Source: a bacterium
GTDB lineage: Bacteria > CALINM01
Length of the DNA: 18,056 nt
NCBI GenBank assembly: GCA_041640455.1
Contig: JBEQAF010000040.1
Span: forward strand, 1 to 18,056
Direction of reading: 5' to 3'
The notes under the pieces are model-generated. The model ran no database searches and was not told where the DNA came from. It worked only from the letters and a program-made list of their open reading frames with translations. Shown in pieces: positions 16,050-18,056 of the stretch. Every line of letters starts with the position of its first letter. Position 1 is the first letter of the stretch. A program made the position numbers and the translations under genes.

Positions 16050-16296
16050 CTATGTCCTAATTATTATAGCCATACTTTCCTGTTCACTGCCACCTGATGT
16101 GCCAGTTACAAAAGAGGCGCTGGATAACGCCAAACTTTATGAAAGATTCGTTATTGAAGAAAGCCCTGAAACTCTGATTCATGTACTAAATAAAAAGGGT
16201 GAGATGGTTGTTCGCGCCACATATAGAAACACGCCCATCTATATAAAAATTTTTGCCACATCCAGAGGTCTTCTCTGGTACGCATACCCAAGATAG
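16027..16296 (+). CDS. Small lipoprotein of unknown function (89 aa)
   Basis: From ATG 16027 (AAGGCGG upstream): MKYLQRFSYVLIIIAILS-C lipobox. Fills the gap between the desulfurase and tsaD. Confidence 0.65.
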   Translation: MKYLQRFSYVLIIIAILSCSLPPDVPVTKEALDNAKLYERFVIEESPETLIHVLNKKGEMVVRATYRNTPIYIKIFATSRGLLWYAYPR

Positions 16297-17283
16297 ATGT
16301 TAATTATTGCTATTGAAACCTCCTGCGACGATACCTCTGTTGCAGTCATTGCAGACAAGTTTAAAGTGCTTTCTCAGGTAGTATCTTCTCAGAATGATAT
16401 TCATAGTGTTTTTGGTGGTGTTGTCCCAGAAGTGGCATCAAGAGCTCATCTGGAAAACATATCTCCAGTTTTCCACAAGGCTATTACCGAAGCGGGTATT
16501 GAGCTTTCACAGATAGATGGGATTGCTGTGACCGTCGGTCCCGGCCTTGCTGGCTCCTTGCTTGTAGGCGTCTCTTTTGCAAAGGGGCTTTCTTTGTCTT
16601 TAAAAAAACCTATACTTGCGGTAAACCATATTGAAGGTCATTTTTTTGCCCCCTTTATCGAGCATAACATTACCTACCCTTATATTGCTCTCGTAGCATC
16701 TGGAGGGCATACGGCTTTATATCTTATAAAGGGATTTAGAAACTACAAACTGTTAGGTCAGACAAGAGATGATGCGGCTGGAGAGGCTTTTGACAAGGTG
16801 GCAAAGCTTTTAGGACTTGGATACCCTGGAGGAGTTGCCATAGAGAGATTTGCAGGCAATTTTTCAGGCACAATAGAGTTTCCAAAACCTCTTTTTAATG
16901 AAGAAGATTTCAGCTTTTCGGGGCTTAAAACTGCGGTGGTAAATCTGGTTAGAAAGCAGGAAAATCTTACCGATGAGATAAAGAAAGACATTTCGGCAAG
17001 CTTTCAACGAACAGTGGTTGAGATACTTACCGAAAAGACCATAAGAGAGGCTTTAAGGCAGGGTGTGAAAAACATAGTCATATCAGGAGGAGTTTCGGCA
17101 AACAGGCTTTTAAGAAAACGTCTTGCTGAGGCTTCAAAAACCTATAACTTTAATGTTTATATCCCTTCTATGAAGTACTGCACCGATAATGCGGCAATGA
17201 TAGGCGTGGTTGGACTGATGCTGCTTGAAAGAGGAATGGTAGCAGATCCAACTGTATCTGCCATTCCAGACCTTCTTGTTTAG
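16297..17283 (+). CDS. tsaD: tRNA N6-threonylcarbamoyladenosine transferase TsaD
   Basis: AIETSCDDT, GGVVPEVASRAH, GPGL, HIEGH, SGGHT, TRDDAAGEAFDK, GGVSAN, CTDNAAMI. Confidence 0.97.
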   Translation: MLIIAIETSCDDTSVAVIADKFKVLSQVVSSQNDIHSVFGGVVPEVASRAHLENISPVFHKAITEAGIELSQIDGIAVTVGPGLAGSLLVGVSFAKGLSLSLKKPILAVNHIEGHFFAPFIEHNITYPYIALVASGGHTALYLIKGFRNYKLLGQTRDDAAGEAFDKVAKLLGLGYPGGVAIERFAGNFSGTIEFPKPLFNEEDFSFSGLKTAVVNLVRKQENLTDEIKKDISASFQRTVVEILTEKTIREALRQGVKNIVISGGVSANRLLRKRLAEASKTYNFNVYIPSMKYCTDNAAMIGVVGLMLLERGMVADPTVSAIPDLLV

Positions 17284-18056
17284 ATCTCAAAAAGATCTTC
17301 TACAAGTGTTTTTGTATAAATATGAGAGGGCTCTGAAAAGATCTTTAGCGGAGCACCCTCTTCCACTATCTCGCCCCTATAGATAATATAGACTCTATCG
17401 GATATATGCCTCACCACCCTTAAGTCATGAGATATAAAAAGCATGGAGAACTTAAGCTCCCTCTGGAGATTTAAAAAAAGGTTTATCACCTCCGCCTGAA
17501 CAGATACATCAAGGGATGAGACAGGCTCATCGGCTACAACAAATTTTGGCTTTGTAACCAGAGCCCTTGCAATATTCACCCTCTGTCTCTGCCCGCCAGA
17601 AAGCTCATGGGGGAATTTAAAAAACTCCTTACTATCAATTCCAACCCGAATTAGCATCTCTTTTGCCCTTTCAAAGGCAATCTCTTTGCTAATCCTTTCA
17701 TGCAACAAAATAGGCTCCTCTACGGCATCAATAATTCTAACTCTTGGATTCAATGAAGCCATAGGATCTTGAAAGATTACCTGAATGCTCTTTCTAAAAT
17801 TTTTTAGCTCCCTCTCCCTTTTGTGAGTTATATCCTCCTCAAAAAAATAGAGTCTTCCGCTATCAGGCTCAAGAAGCCTTAGTAGAATCTTACCAAGAGT
17901 AGATTTTCCTGAGCCAGACTCTCCTACAAGCCCCACAATCTCATTAAAGCCAATGTTTATTGATACATTTCTTAATGCATCAATCTTTAAGGTTTTTCTG
18001 AAAAAACCTCTGGTTATGTTAAAAGACTTGCTAATCTGTTCACATCTAATTAGCCA
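17280..18056 (-). CDS. Oligopeptide/dipeptide/nickel ABC transporter ATP-binding subunit (OppF/DppF-like), start beyond the window
   Basis: Walker A GESGSGKS, FQDP, LSGGQ, VVADEP, ISHD. The frame stays open from 17936 to the window end (WLIRCEQISKSF...DALRNVSINIGFNEIVGLVG). Confidence 0.93.
   Translation of the reverse strand, partial: WLIRCEQISKSFNITRGFFRKTLKIDALRNVSINIGFNEIVGLVGESGSGKSTLGKILLRLLEPDSGRLYFFEEDITHKRERELKNFRKSIQVIFQDPMASLNPRVRIIDAVEEPILLHERISKEIAFERAKEMLIRVGIDSKEFFKFPHELSGGQRQRVNIARALVTKPKFVVADEPVSSLDVSVQAEVINLFLNLQRELKFSMLFISHDLRVVRHISDRVYIIYRGEIVEEGAPLKIFSEPSHIYTKTLVEDLFEI

Noticed and set aside
1063..16991. Other short ORFs in the track nested in or antisense to the called genes
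   Set aside because: No motifs or convincing SD; each overlaps a better-supported gene or regulatory region.
16297..17283. TsaD as the RiPP protease (old 'glycoprotease' name)
   Set aside because: All canonical t6A-synthesis motifs are intact; the protease label is a historical misannotation.
17280..18056. Peptide ABC ATPase as the cluster's exporter
   Set aside because: Opposite strand, last gene of a separate importer-type operon extending beyond the window; no evidence of a link.
1..18056. tRNA, rRNA, CRISPR array, IS element, intrinsic terminator
   Set aside because: None recognised; intergenic gaps are too short and no spaced repeats or GC hairpin plus U-tract were seen.

Overview
AT-rich bacterial chromosomal window (roughly 35% GC by eye), almost fully coding; no RNA genes, mobile elements or CRISPR arrays seen. 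Left, minus strand: an iron-uptake unit (feoB, a 7-Cys small protein, a truncated DtxR/MntR-type regulator) with a consensus sigma70 promoter overlapped by a Fur box. A divergent PAS-GGDEF diguanylate cyclase follows. Centre (3454-16296, plus strand): a tightly coupled ~12.8 kb cluster. It has exported/lipoproteins (heme/DOMON-like, tandem beta-sandwich, HEAT, three beta-helix paralogues, PhnD-like binder, TPR-like protein ending GGCG), a NapH/NosR-like Fe-S membrane protein and a YedE Se/S transporter. These are followed by a PqqD/RRE, a radical SAM-SPASM enzyme, a degenerate SPASM protein (together a GeoRSP-like triad) and a class II cysteine desulfurase. Main finding: an 18-codon ORF missing from the ORF track (13985-14041, MKRYMKPRTTGISSVHPC) lies between the two SPASM genes. 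It has a perfect Shine-Dalgarno and a YxxP leader motif and is a strong candidate for the RiPP precursor. Two near-identical sigma54-type promoters head the two halves of the cluster. Right end: tsaD and a convergent, truncated peptide ABC ATPase. All family calls are from motif recognition; no database search was run.
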